Shown here: piece by piece, positions 23,715 through 34,887 of the stretch
Position numbering within the stretch: the stretch's first letter is position 1
Layout: every line of letters begins with the position of its first letter
Notes under the pieces: generated by a model
Database searches by the model: none
The model's input: only the letters and a program-made list of their open reading frames with translations
What the model was told of the DNA's origin: nothing
Position numbers and translations under genes: made by a program
Assembly: GCA_026770705.1 (NCBI GenBank)
Contig: JANJGN010000010.1
Span: 1,364,001 to 1,428,000, forward strand
Source: Isurus oxyrinchus
Lineage: Eukaryota
Direction of reading: 5' to 3'
Length of the DNA stretch: 64,000 bases

Positions 23715-23835
23715 TACAGGCCGCTCTGCCTACTGGGAGTTGTAGTTCCAAACTCCGCCCACCAGGACCACAGCTCCCAGCATGCTCCGCACCCCCGGCC
23801 CGGCCCCGCCCACTTGGCGTTGCTAGGCGTCAGGA
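23715..23835 (+). promoter_or_regulatory. IFTAP/NWC promoter: CpG-rich, two divergent ZNF143 (ACTACA/SBS) sites, GC boxes, RFX X-box-like site
   Basis: ACTACAACTCCCAGTAGGC (minus, 23728-23746), ACCACAGCTCCCAGCATGC (plus, 23767-23785), CCGCCC boxes (~23755 and ~23806) and GTTGCTAGGCG (23819-23829), followed directly by a splice donor. Fits the established ZNF143-driven NWC promoter within the RAG2 intron. Confidence 0.8.
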
Positions 23836-23841
23836 CAGAAG
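23800..23841 (+). other. IFTAP: IFTAP non-coding exon 1 (5' end approximate; donor AAG|GTAAGA after 23841)
   Basis: Consensus 5' splice site directly after the promoter cluster, on the same strand as the IFTAP coding exon. Confidence 0.65.
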
Positions 23842-24003
23842 GTAAGAGAGCAGCAAACTCCAAAATTATTAAAATGTTCATCACAAACTCCAGTTATATG
23901 TTAATTATAGAACAGAATTACAGCAACGGCTCATTAATAACAAACTGCAACTTGGAGCCGTCTGAGTCCTCAAACCCCAACAAATAATAGATTAAATATT
24001 CCC

Positions 24004-25625
24004 GGATCAGGGTCAGGATCTGGATCAGGATCAGGATCAGGATCAGGACCTGGATCAGGATCAGGATCAGGATCAGGATCAGGACCTGGACCTGGACCAG
24101 GATCAGGATCAGGATCAGGACCTGGACCTGGAACAGGGTCAGGATCAGGGTCAGGATCAGGATCAGGGTCAGGATCAGGGTCAGGATCAGGACCTGGATC
24201 AGGATCAGGACCTGGACCTGGATCAGGATCAGGATCAGGACCTGGATCAGGACCAGGACCAGGATCAGGATCAGGACCTGGATCAGGATCAGGACCTGGA
24301 CCTGGATCAGGATCAGGACCTGGATCAGGACCAGGATCAGGATCAGGACCTGGATCAGGATCAGGACCTGGACCTGGATCAGGATCAGGATCAGGACCAG
24401 GACCTGGATCAGGGTCAGGATCAGGACCTGGACCTGGAACAGGATCAGGATCAGGACCAGGACCAGGACCTGGACCTGGATCAGGATCAGGACCTGGATC
24501 AGGATCAGGACCTGGATCAGGACCTGGATCAGGACCTGGATCAGGATCAGGACCTGGATCAGGACCTGGATCAGGATCAGGACCTGGATCAGGGTCAGGA
24601 TCAGGATCAGGATCAGGACCTGGACCTGGATCAGGGTCAGGATCAGGACCTGGACCTGGATCAGGGTCAGGATCAGGACCTGGACCTGGATCAGGATCAG
24701 GACCAGGACCTGGACCAGGATCAAGATCAGGACCTGGATCACGATCAGGACCTGGATCGGGATCAGGATCTAGAGCAGGACCTGAACTAGGATCAGGATC
24801 AGGATCAGGGCTTGGATCAGGACCAGGATTAGGACCTGGATCAGGACCAGGATCAGGATCAGGACCTGGATCAAGGTCAGGATCAGGATCAGGACCTGCA
24901 CCAGGATCAGGATCAGGACCTAGATCAGGATCAGGAGCTGGGCCAGGATCAGGACCTGGAGCAGGACCTAGACCAGGATCAGGAGCTGGACTTGGACCAG
25001 GATCAGGATGAGGATCAGGAGCTGGAACAGGATCAGGAGCAGGGTCAGGAGCTGGAACAGGGTCAGGAGCTGGACTTGGATCAGGATCAGGATCGGGACT
25101 TGGATCAGGGTCAGGACTTGGAACAGGATCAGGACCTGGATCAGGGTCAGGATCATGATCAGGATCAGGAGCAGGGTCAGGAGCTGGACTTGGAGCAGGG
25201 TCAGGAGCAGCATCAGGATCAGGACCTGGATCAGGATCAGAACCTGGATCAGGATTAGGAGCAAGATCAAGATTAGGAGCTGGATCAGGAGAGGGAACAG
25301 GAGCAGAGTTGTAGCAGGAACAGGTGCTGGAACAAGAGCAGGATCAGGAGCAGGAACAGGATCTGGATCAGGAACAGCATTAGGATCTGGATCAGAAGCT
25401 GGATCAGGAGTGGGAACAGGATCTGGATCAGGAACAAGAGCTGGATCAGGAGCTCGATCAGGAGCAGAAGCTTGACTAGGAGCAGGACCTGGACCTGGAT
25501 TAGGATCAGGAGTGGGAATAGGATCAGAAGGAGAAGGAGGAGCCGGATCAGGTGCTATCTAGATCAGGAGCTGGATCTGGACCCTGAGCAGAAACAGGAT
25601 TTCGATATGGAGCAGGATCAGGCTT
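24004..25625. repeat. Hexamer satellite (GGATCA/GGACCT/GGGTCA/GGAGCT)n, ~1.6 kb
   Basis: Clean hexamer phase from 24004 to ~24750, decaying rightwards. Confidence 0.97.
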
Positions 25626-26739
25626 CAGATACCCTCCACTCTTCAGCATCTTCCCCCCCAATCACTTGCCCAACCCTGTCCACACAGAATGACACCAGGT
25701 GCTAGTAAAACCAAACCCTAATGAACTCTCTGCCTTCAGGAGAGTGCACACCTTCGAATCTTTTATAGGATGTGGGCTTCACTGGCTGGGCCAGCATTTA
25801 TTGCCCATCCCTAAGTGCCCTTGGGAAGGTGGTGGTGAGCTGCCTTCTTGAACTGCCACAGTCCATGTGGTGTAGGTACATCCACAGTGCTGTTAGGGAG
25901 TTCCAGGATTTTGACCCAGTGACAATGAAGGAATGGTGACATGATACCGTTAACGGATAAGATTCAGCCGAGAATCTCTTATTCGTATTTATTCACAAAG
26001 TCCCATGGGTTCTAATGAGCTCCAGGTGATCACTATCATTCAGGAATCACTGTAGAATCATAATATATATTGTACAGAAGGATGTCGTCTGGTGAATTTT
26101 ACCTGTACTACCTTACAGAAAGAGCAATGCACACAGTCTCAGCTCTTTGTTCTTTCCCTGTACCTTTTTCTTTTCCCAAACATTGATTTATATCTTTTGC
26201 CATTTAATATAGATAGAATGCTCTCTTTATTCATCCTGTATAAGCCTTCATCTTTCTGGATTAAATTTCATCTGATATCAACCCATTCAGTTTACTAACC
26301 TGCCTTTGTGTTCCTGGACATAAGAACGTAAGAACTAGGAACAGAGGTAGGCAATTCAGCCCCTCGAGACTGCCCCGACATTCAATACAATCATGGCTGA
26401 TCTCATTTTGGCCTCAACTCCAATTTCCCGCCCTCTCCCCATAACCTTTCAACTCGGTTACTAATTAAAAATCTGCCTATCTCCTCCTTAAATTTATCCA
26501 GCATCCCAGCATCCACTGCACTCTGACTCACATAGACTGTTCCAAAGTTAACCATGCTTCCTATTTTGATGTTTGTAAGTTGAAATCATGCCACTATACA
26601 ATGTCTTTGCCTGCAATAAATATAATAGAGACAAGTGCACACCACTATAACATCCTCATATATTAACGAGTCCCCATGTCACTACATTCCCTTTAATACT
26701 GTGTGACTTGATCTTATCCTGAAGTTTCTTTGTTGTTAG

Positions 26740-27710
26740 CTATATCAATGATTTGGATGAAGGCACTGAATGTATGGTAGCTAAATTTGATGATGACACC
26801 AAGACAGGTGGAAAGTAAATTGTCAAGAGGAGGTGGAGAGTCTGCAAAGAGATATAGACAGGTTAAGTGAGTGGGCAAAAAATTTGACAGATGGAGTATA
26901 ATGCAGGTAAATGTGAACTTGTTCATTTTGGCAAATAGAATAGAAAAGTAGAATACTATTTAAATGGAGGGAGATTGCTGAACTCGGTGTTACAGAGGGA
27001 CCTGGGTGTCCTGGTCCATGAATCACATTAAGTTAGTATGCAGTAACAGCAAGTGATTAGGAAGGCAAATGTAATGTTGGAATTTATTGTAAGATAAATG
27101 GAATATAAAAATGGGTAATTTTACTGCAGCTGTACAGGGCCTTGGTGAGACCACATCTGGTGCACCATGTGCAGTTTTGGTCTCCTTATTTAAAAAAAGA
27201 TAGAATTACTTTAGAGGCATTTCAGAGAAGGTTCACCGGACTCATTCCTGGGATGAAGGGGTTGTCTTATGGAGAAAGGCTGAACAGGTTGGGCCTGTAC
27301 CCATTGGAGATTAGAAGAATGAGAGGTGATCTTATTGAATCATATAAGATCCTGTGGGGACTGGATATTTTGGATACCGGGAGAGTGTTTCCTCTTGTGG
27401 GGGAAACTAAAACTAGGGGACACAGTTTAAAAATAAGATGGTTCCCTATCAAGACAGAGATGAGGACAAACCTTTTCTCCCAAAGGGTTGTTGCTGTATG
27501 GAGTTCTCTTGCCCAGCGAACAGTGGATGCTAGGTCTCTGAATTTATTTAAAGCAGAGTTAGGCAGATCTTTGATAGACAAGGGAGTCAAGGATTATGTG
27601 GGGTAGACAGGAAAGTGGAGCTGAGACCACAGTCAGATCAGCCATGATCTTATTGAATGGTGCAGCAGGCTCAAAGGGCCGAATGGCCTACTCCTGCTCC
27701 TATGTTCCTA
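26740..27710 (+). mobile_element. CR1 LINE 3' end
   Basis: VRPHL..VQFWSPYLKKD..LE..QRRFT; 3' tail ggcctactcctgctcctatgttc. Confidence 0.85.
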
Positions 27711-27714
27711 CATC

Positions 27715-27818
27715 CACCTGAGCAGACAGGTGGGTTCTTGGTTTAACGTCTCAGCTAAAAAATGGCACATCCGACAGTGCAGTGCTCTCTCAGTACGCTA
27801 CTGAAGTGTCAGCCTTAG
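27715..27818 (-). mobile_element. DeuSINE-like fragment
   Basis: Minus strand ggctgacacttcagt..gcactgtcggatgtgccattttt..gagacgttaaacc. Confidence 0.55.
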
Positions 27819-28837
27819 GAATACTCTTGTCCTTTGGCACAAGCAAACATCCTTGTATGTTTGGAAGGCTGTGTTCAGAGCCTTTGCTCTTTCCTGTCTG
27901 ACTTTACATATTCAAGGTTGCTTACCATCAGGGTCCAGTGTGTTTTTCACTTTTGAGTTACACCACTTTCTATTACTCTAGCCTATGGCACGTGTGTAAT
28001 TGGTACAGTTACATTTTGCAAAAACAGCTTTGCTATGGCCATTTCATTTTCTCTTGAATTCTAATATTTCTGCTCTTACCTTTAGACTTGGTGCATGTGT
28101 AACACCTTAGAAAGCAATACTTTAAAAAAATAAGTTTCAGTGACTCTAAGTTTTCTCCCAAAATACAATTCATTGAAACATGGGCCTAGAGGTACTTGTT
28201 GCAGAAAGAAGTGGTGTTAACCACCAGGCCACCTGGACTGCTGAGTAATCCAGTCTTTAGGTTTTGTTTGTACTGAAACCATTTTTTTTTAAAGAATCCG
28301 GTTTGCCTTAAGGAACCAATATTGCAACACCTGTTCTTATAGTTTGTGCAAGAAATCTGACAATATCATGTCATTCACATTTCTAGAATTGTTTCTGGAA
28401 TGTACTTTTAGGCTGGAATTCAGACTGAAATTTTTCAATCAGCACATTGACTAACGGGAATTTGGTTTTCTTCAGTAACCACTGAACAGCACAAAGTGAA
28501 CCTCATGCTAATTCTTCATGTTCTGAAGGTGTTTATGAAAATGGAAAATCTTCATTAGTTAAGTAATATGTAATGAGAGGATTATGACTGGTTTTTAAAG
28601 TAGTTAAGTCTTACCTCAGAAATACAATGTTTTAAACATCTCCCTAAATATGGTTTAAAACAACAGTATTGTTCTAAAATCCAAAATGCTGATGATTTTA
28701 GTTGAGCAGATGTAATTTAATCTTAATATACAAAAGCAAATGATGAGGAATTGTACAGGAATTTTTAATGACTTAGCGAGTGAATTGGGTAGTTTGGCAT
28801 TTATTTGGATCTGCCATTTCTTTATTAGGTGCCAACT

Positions 28838-29085
28838 TTGGCTCAGTTTTCAAACTCTCATCTCTGAGGCAGAAGGTTGTGGGTTCAAGTCCCACTCCAG
28901 AGACTTGAGCACATAATCCTGGCTGACACTTCAGTGCAATACTTGGGGAGTGCTGCACCGTTGGAGATGCTATCTTTTGGATGATATTTTAAACTCAGTT
29001 GGATGTAAACAATCAGAGCTATATTTGAAGAGGGAAAGGGTTATTCTAATGTCCTGGCCAACATTTATTCCTGAACCAACTCCTC
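28838..29085 (+). mobile_element. tRNA-derived SINE with Deu-domain-like body (DeuSINE/SacSINE1-like)
   Basis: A-box tggctcagtt, B-box ggttcaagtcc, then gagtgctgcaccgttggagatgctatcttttggatga. Confidence 0.6.
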
Positions 29086-29470
29086 CAAGTAGCTAGAGGA
29101 AGGCACTTGTCCTGCTCAGTGATGTTGTCTCATTTTTAATATTGGATTTGTTGGATCCATCTGTCTGAGCTATCAGTTATACTTTCAAGTTTCAGCTTCT
29201 ATTGACCTTCAAATTAATTTTGATTTTAGCTGTTTACTATTATTAAATTGTTCAGCAGTTTGAAATGGTAACAGCAAACAGTTATCTTAATGTTTTTCTT
29301 TTTATCATTACATACAGTGGTCATATATCCCTGCTTTCAGTCTGTGTTTAGTGGTTTAGAAGCAAAAGAGAAGTAAAAGCACTTAGTGTTGCCCTTGTTA
29401 TTGTCACTTCACTGACATGATATAAAACAGCAGGTAACCTGTGTAGCAAAAATCAATCATTACAGATAAA

Positions 29471-29879
29471 AGCAAAATACTGTGGATGCTGGAAAACTGA
29501 AACAAAAACAAAAATTGCTGGAAAAACTCAGCAGGTCTGACAGAATCTGTGGAGAACAAGGACAGAGTTAACGTTTGGAGTCCAGATGACTTCTTCAGAA
29601 CTAAAGCGAAGTAGAAATCTGGTGAAATATATACTGTTTAAGGGGGAGTGGGACAGGTGAAGCTGAATAGAAGACCAGTGATAGCTGGAGGCAAAGGAGA
29701 GATTGCAAAAGATGTCATAAACAAAAGATCGAAGGGGTGTTGATGGTGGTGATATTGACTAAAGGAGGTGATAATGGTGACATTAAGAGTAGAAAGCAGG
29801 ATGAGCAAGTGACAGATGGCCCTAGTGGGGGTGGGGTGGGGGGAGGGGATTATGTGATAGAAAAGATCAAAATAGGCTA
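29471..29879 (-). mobile_element. Older Penelope-like terminal-repeat fragment with hammerhead (29566-29602, core CUGAAGA)
   Basis: Related to the left terminus of the large element. Flanked by AATCATTACA(G/A)ATAAA direct repeats at 29455-29470 and 29880-29895. Confidence 0.75.
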
Positions 29880-29899
29880 AATCATTACAAATAAATCAC

Positions 29900-31075
29900 T
29901 ACAGCCTTGTTTCAAACATGGACAAAAGAACTGAACTTCTGAGGTGAGGTGAGAGTATCTGCCCTTGACATCAAGACTGCATTTGACCAAGAGTGGCATC
30001 AAGGAGCCCTTGCAAAACTGGAGTCATTGGGAATCAGGGGGAAAACTCTCTGCTGATTTGAGTCATACCTAGAACAAAGGAAGATGGTTGTGGTTGTTGG
30101 AGGTCAGTCATCTCAGCTCCAGGACATCACAGCAAGAGTTCCTCAGGGTAGTGTCCTCGGCCCAACCATCTTCAGCTGCTTCATCAATGACCTTCCTTCC
30201 ATTATAAGGTCAGAAGTGGGGATGTTGACTGATTATTACACAATGTTCAGCATCATTCACGACTCCTCAGATACTGAAGCAGTCCACGTCCAAATGCAGC
30301 AAGACCTGGACAATACCCAGGCTTGTGGGGCAAGTAACATTCGTGCCACACAAGTGCCAGGCAATGACCATCTTCAACAGGAGAGAATCTAATCATTGCC
30401 CCTTGATGTTCAATGGCATTACCATCACTGAATACCCCATTATCAACATCTATTGACCGGAAACTGAACTGTACCAGCCATATAAATGCATGGCTACAAG
30501 AGCAGGTCAGAGGCTAGGAATCCTGCGACAAGTAACTCATCTCCTGACTCCCCAAAGCCAGTCCAAGGCACAAATCAGGAATGTGATGGAATACTCTCCA
30601 CTTGCCTGGATGAGTGCAGCTCCCACAACACTCAAGAAGCTTGACACCATCCAGGACAGAGCAACCCACTTGATTGGCACCACATCCACAAACATTCACT
30701 CTGTCCACCACCGACGCACAGTAGCAGCAGTGTGTACCATTTACAAGAAGCACTGCAGGAATTTACCGAGACTCCTTAGACAGCACCTTCCAAACCCATG
30801 ACCACTACCATCTAGAAGGACAAGGGCAGCAGATAGATGGGAACACCACCACCTGGAAGTTCCCCTCCAAGTCACCCACCATCCTGACTTGGAATTATAT
30901 CGCCATTCCTTCCCTGTCGCTGGGTCAAAATACTGGAACTCTCTTCCTAACAGCACTGTGGGTGTACCTACACACATGGACTGCAGCGGCTCAAGAAGGC
31001 AGCTCACCATTATTGATGAGCAATAAATGCTGGCCCAGCCTGCGAAGCCCACATCCCATGAATGAATAATAAAAA
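29900..31075 (+). mobile_element. L2/CR1-group LINE RT and 3' end (second family)
   Basis: VPQGSVLGPTIFSCFINDLP, MEYSPLAWMSAAPTTLKKLD; tail gcaataaatgctggcccagcc..cccacatcccatgaatgaata. Confidence 0.85.
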
Positions 31076-32911
31076 AAATACTTGCATTCTCTTCACACCC
31101 TGTTGCATTGTGATCCATAGACATATTTTTAATAGACCTTTTGCTGTCAGCTAACTGTATAATGAGTTACAGTGGCCTTGGCAAATGGTTTCTATGTGAT
31201 TCATATGTTTTGGTTTTTCGTGAAGTTGCTTTATGCTGCTGCTGATGCATAGCGTTTGTACTGAATGACACAGTGTTACTCCAAAACTGAGTGAACAATA
31301 AATACTGCAGCAGAGAGGATCGAATATTTTACAAAAACATTTCAGTAGTTACTGTTCTATCCAGTGGTGTTATCTAGGGCTTTCATTGCTTATTACACTT
31401 ATTGTCAGTTTTGAATGTCCATGACTGAAGAGACTGCAACATGGAGACAGTGTGCAGAATAGATTTTTGTTTTCAGTTTTCATTGTTAATGATGACCATG
31501 GCAGATCAGGAATTAAATAATATTTTTCTTTCGCCTAAGTATTAACTAAAATTCAACTTTTATACAAAATTTACATTTATAGTAGTCTTTGTCCAAATTT
31601 GCAATTAGTTTGCCTTTTGCTTGTGGAGTAACCCTGGGTTACCCTTTGGACCTTTACACTTTTTAAAAAGAAACTAACCAATATCCAATTTGGTAATCAT
31701 ATTCTTATTCATATAACAGAAACAGAAGGGAGTTTGTGGGCTGCCATTCCCTGATCCTCCTCCAGTTCTCTTTCCTTAAGGAGAGTATCAGGTTGGAGAC
31801 CAACTACCCTCTGGTACCTCACCCAGCTGACCATTCTTCATGCCTGAGACCAGCTTTGATCACATCTGTCCTCAAATATCGAACTTGTCAGAGTGCAGAC
31901 AACTACAGCTATCATTTTCATGGGCTTTGGACTTAAATTCCGAGGCAGACACAATTGGAAACTAACTGATCTATTTCAAGAGTTTAAGTTCAAAATGTTT
32001 ATTTCCAGACTGTGACCTGAGCAGGTTACAGGATAACTAAATGACTCTATGGTGTTTCAAAAATTACAGTATAGACCAACATTGAGGATGTAACATCATC
32101 AAACTTCAATAAAAAAACAAACTTTCTCACAACCTGGGTTATAAAATGGTTGCTTGTCACTGTCCGTAGTTAATGTTAAGTCTATTTCAGTTTATCTTTT
32201 CTCTCTATCCTCTATGCTAAATGTATTTTGAGTTACCTTAGCTTTCTTCCAATACAATGACAGCTGTGAAATATTACAGGTTTTTAATCACTGTCTTTCC
32301 TGGTTCCAGATTTCCTTTGAATAAAACTTGAGTAGATTAGTTCCCAGCCTATTCGATTTTCTGATCCATTTTGCTATCTGCATTACTATCCTTTGAATAC
32401 AGAAATTGCCCTTAATCGGTATTAAGACATTTGTATATTAATCCAGCATGGAGATCGTCACTGTTAGAGAGAGAGTAAGTAGAGCACAAATATGATCATC
32501 AGCTTTAATCAGCTGTGTAAAGACATGACTCTTGTCCCCCACTCAATTTTCTGGACTGTTTTCTCTCTGAGTCACAAATGGTAATTATTTTAACTTTTTT
32601 TTCAGCTTGTCCCTTTTTAATATATGACATGATGGCATTAACAGAGTTTATTTTCTGTTTAACCATAACATTAATGGATAATATTTTGTGTCAAAGTGTA
32701 TTTAATGTTTTTCTAGACTAAGTTATTTAAGCAGAGATTGGCTCTATTTATCATAACCCCTGGTCACCACTCAGCAACCTTTCTATACTTCATAAGGCTG
32801 TGATCAATCAATCAATAACAACAATGCACAACTTTAAATATGTAAATAATCTATTGACACACATGATTGCTATGGGCTGGATCAGCCACTCTGGCAGGCC
32901 TCTATCCTTAC

Positions 32912-33140
32912 CTTGAATCAAGTTTTTCAGATAATTTTACCAGCACAGGACAAAGCACTTTAGGAGACTGAACTTGCTTGTAGAATTAAGAGGTGTAGAA
33001 CACTTGGTAAATACGTAACATGAAACAGCGTAGGAGATTTTTGAGAGAGTTTACAGCTGGGTGCAGATGGTACCAAATACTATCCTGATCAGAGTAACTG
33101 TCTGATTGCAGGTGCACAGCAGATGCAACAATGACGTGGT
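32912..33140 (-). promoter_or_regulatory. Candidate RAG2 non-coding exon 1 and promoter
   Basis: Minus-strand donor CAAG|GTAAGG (exon ends 32912). Upstream are E-boxes CAGCTG 33054, CAGATG 33064, CAGGTG 33109, CAGATG 33120, MYB site TAACTG 33095 and CRE-like TGACGT 33132, in unique DNA within IFTAP intron 1. Confidence 0.5.
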
Positions 33141-33326
33141 ATGTTCTAAATGAACAAGATAACCAATACATCAATGCATTTGCTACTATCCGCAAAGTTC
33201 AATCTTAAGTCCTTTATTAACACTCACATCCTCCCAAAACTTGGTCAAATTCTTCAAAGTGGTTAACAAAAACAGAATTACCTGGAAAAACTCAGCAGGT
33301 CTGGCAGCATTGGCGGAGAAGAAACG

Positions 33327-33365
33327 AGTTGACGTTTCGAGTCCTCATGACCCTTCGACAGAACT
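33327..33365 (-). ncRNA. Minimal hammerhead ribozyme (CUGUCGA)
   Basis: Same 39-nt motif on the minus strand. Confidence 0.75.
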
Positions 33366-33376
33366 TGTTCTATCGT

Positions 33377-33415
33377 AGTTCTGTGGAAGGGTCATGAGGA
33401 CTCGAAACGTCAACT
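33377..33415 (+). ncRNA. Minimal hammerhead ribozyme (CUGUGGA)
   Basis: agttctgtggaagggtcatgaggactcgaaacgtcaact. Confidence 0.75.
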
Positions 33416-34479
33416 CTTTTCTTCTCCGCCGATGTTGCCAGACCTGCTGAGTTTTTCCAGGTAATTCTGTTTTTGTTTTGGATTTCCAGTATCCGCAGTT
33501 TTTTTGTTTTTATCTTCAAAGTGGTTAGTTATCTTATTATGAATCTCATTTTAAATTAAAACCGGGGCTTCAATATTAAGGAGAGACTTTCTGCTGGTTT
33601 ATGCCAGTGATTTCAGTGCAACCTGGGTGGAATTGTACAAACCACAAAATAATTGAGGCATTTTAAATGTGCATGACGCCCAAAACTACTTTGTGTTTTG
33701 TGTGATCTTTTACACTGGGTTCAGTATTCAGTCTGACCCCCTACACCATCTTCCAACTAATTGCGCTTTTTGGAAAAGCTCCTCAGACTGTGCTCTATTT
33801 TAGACATTGCAGGTACTAAGTTTAAGTTTTTTTTAGAGTTTATCATGTCAAAAAATTTTTACTAAGAAACTGAGGTGTAAATTAAGAAACTATTAAATAG
33901 TTCTGTGTAGTTTTTTAAAGTAATTTTTAGTGATTTAAAACCAAGTTACATACAGATGTAGGATTGCACACCCTTATTACAAATGCTTATTTTTGGTGAT
34001 AAACCTATTTTCAGTTATATTAATAAAGTTGTATCAGGTTAGCACTCTTAAATCCGTCTATGAATACTCTTTAATGGAAAGAAACGACAGATTTACGTTC
34101 TATAACGCTGCCTAATTGTGCTGGTTCATTGAAGATTTTACATTTCTGATTAAACAAATTATTTTTAGCAGAAACTTGGACTGTAACCTAACCCGTGTAA
34201 TTCTGAGCTGTAATTTCCTGATTCTACCAAAGTGGAAACTCTGCTCCAATTTAATATGATTTTTAGCAAAAAACATTTTCTAAAAAGAATCACCCAAGCT
34301 GCATGTTGTGGAAGACAGTGGTTATGTTTATATGAAGTTGTTTGTGTTATAATGCAAATACACACTAATATTTATTCAGTAACCAGACAGATTCAGGTGG
34401 CAGCTCAATAATAATGGTAAATAGATGATAGAAGGTGCTCAGGATCAGTTCTAAAAAGCATTGTACTCTTGATTATAAG

Positions 34480-34790
34480 GAGGTCTTGTGGTGTAGTTGG
34501 TCATGTCCCTGCCTCTGAGCTAGAAGCTCCAGGTTCCATCTCCACCCCTGGACCTGAAGGCCATGGAAGGTGTGTTCACCATGTGGTCAGACAGGTTGAG
34601 TATCAACCTGAAAATCCTTCCAACAAACACCACTGAGAGGCGGTAAGAGCAGGATAGATTCCTGGTTAGCCATATGTTGGAAAGAAATTGGAGCCTCTAC
34701 CATCACAACCCATAGCTCCAGACTACAACATACATGTAAAAGTGTATGTTACCACAGCAACTCAGAGTGAACCGTAATAGACCACCACTC
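34480..34790 (+). mobile_element. tRNA-head SINE-like element
   Basis: gtggtgtagttgg A-box and caggttccatctcc B-box-like head. Confidence 0.4.
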
Positions 34791-34887
34791 CTCTTGATTA
34801 TGAATTGTATTGAATTCATAGACATAGGGCAGAATCATCCCAGATTTGCTCTAAGTGCATTAGCAGGTGGGGAAAACTACATTTTAT

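Larger units (their letters stand above)
33266..33512. mobile_element. Non-autonomous palindromic Penelope derivative with two head-to-head hammerheads
   Basis: Arms 33266-33365 and 33377-33476 (100 bp), 11-nt spacer, 36-nt tail. Perfect TSD TCTTCAAAGTGGTTA at 33251-33265 and 33513-33527. Nearly identical to the termini of the 5563-10637 element. Confidence 0.92.

Noticed and set aside
23918-25705. ORFs of poly-IL/QV, DQ, RI and GS
   Set aside because: Translations of a hexamer satellite; no domain or splice support.
28838-28900. tRNA gene
   Set aside because: Only A/B-box remnants, followed by SINE body; no cloverleaf.
31269-31305. CACAGTG heptamer followed by ACAATAAAT as a possible recombination signal sequence or RAG-transposon TIR relic
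   Set aside because: Spacer is 19 nt, not 12 or 23, and the nonamer is poor. Other heptamers checked (3857, ~12510, 16491, ~25883, ~58798) also lack a correctly spaced nonamer, and several lie inside repeats.
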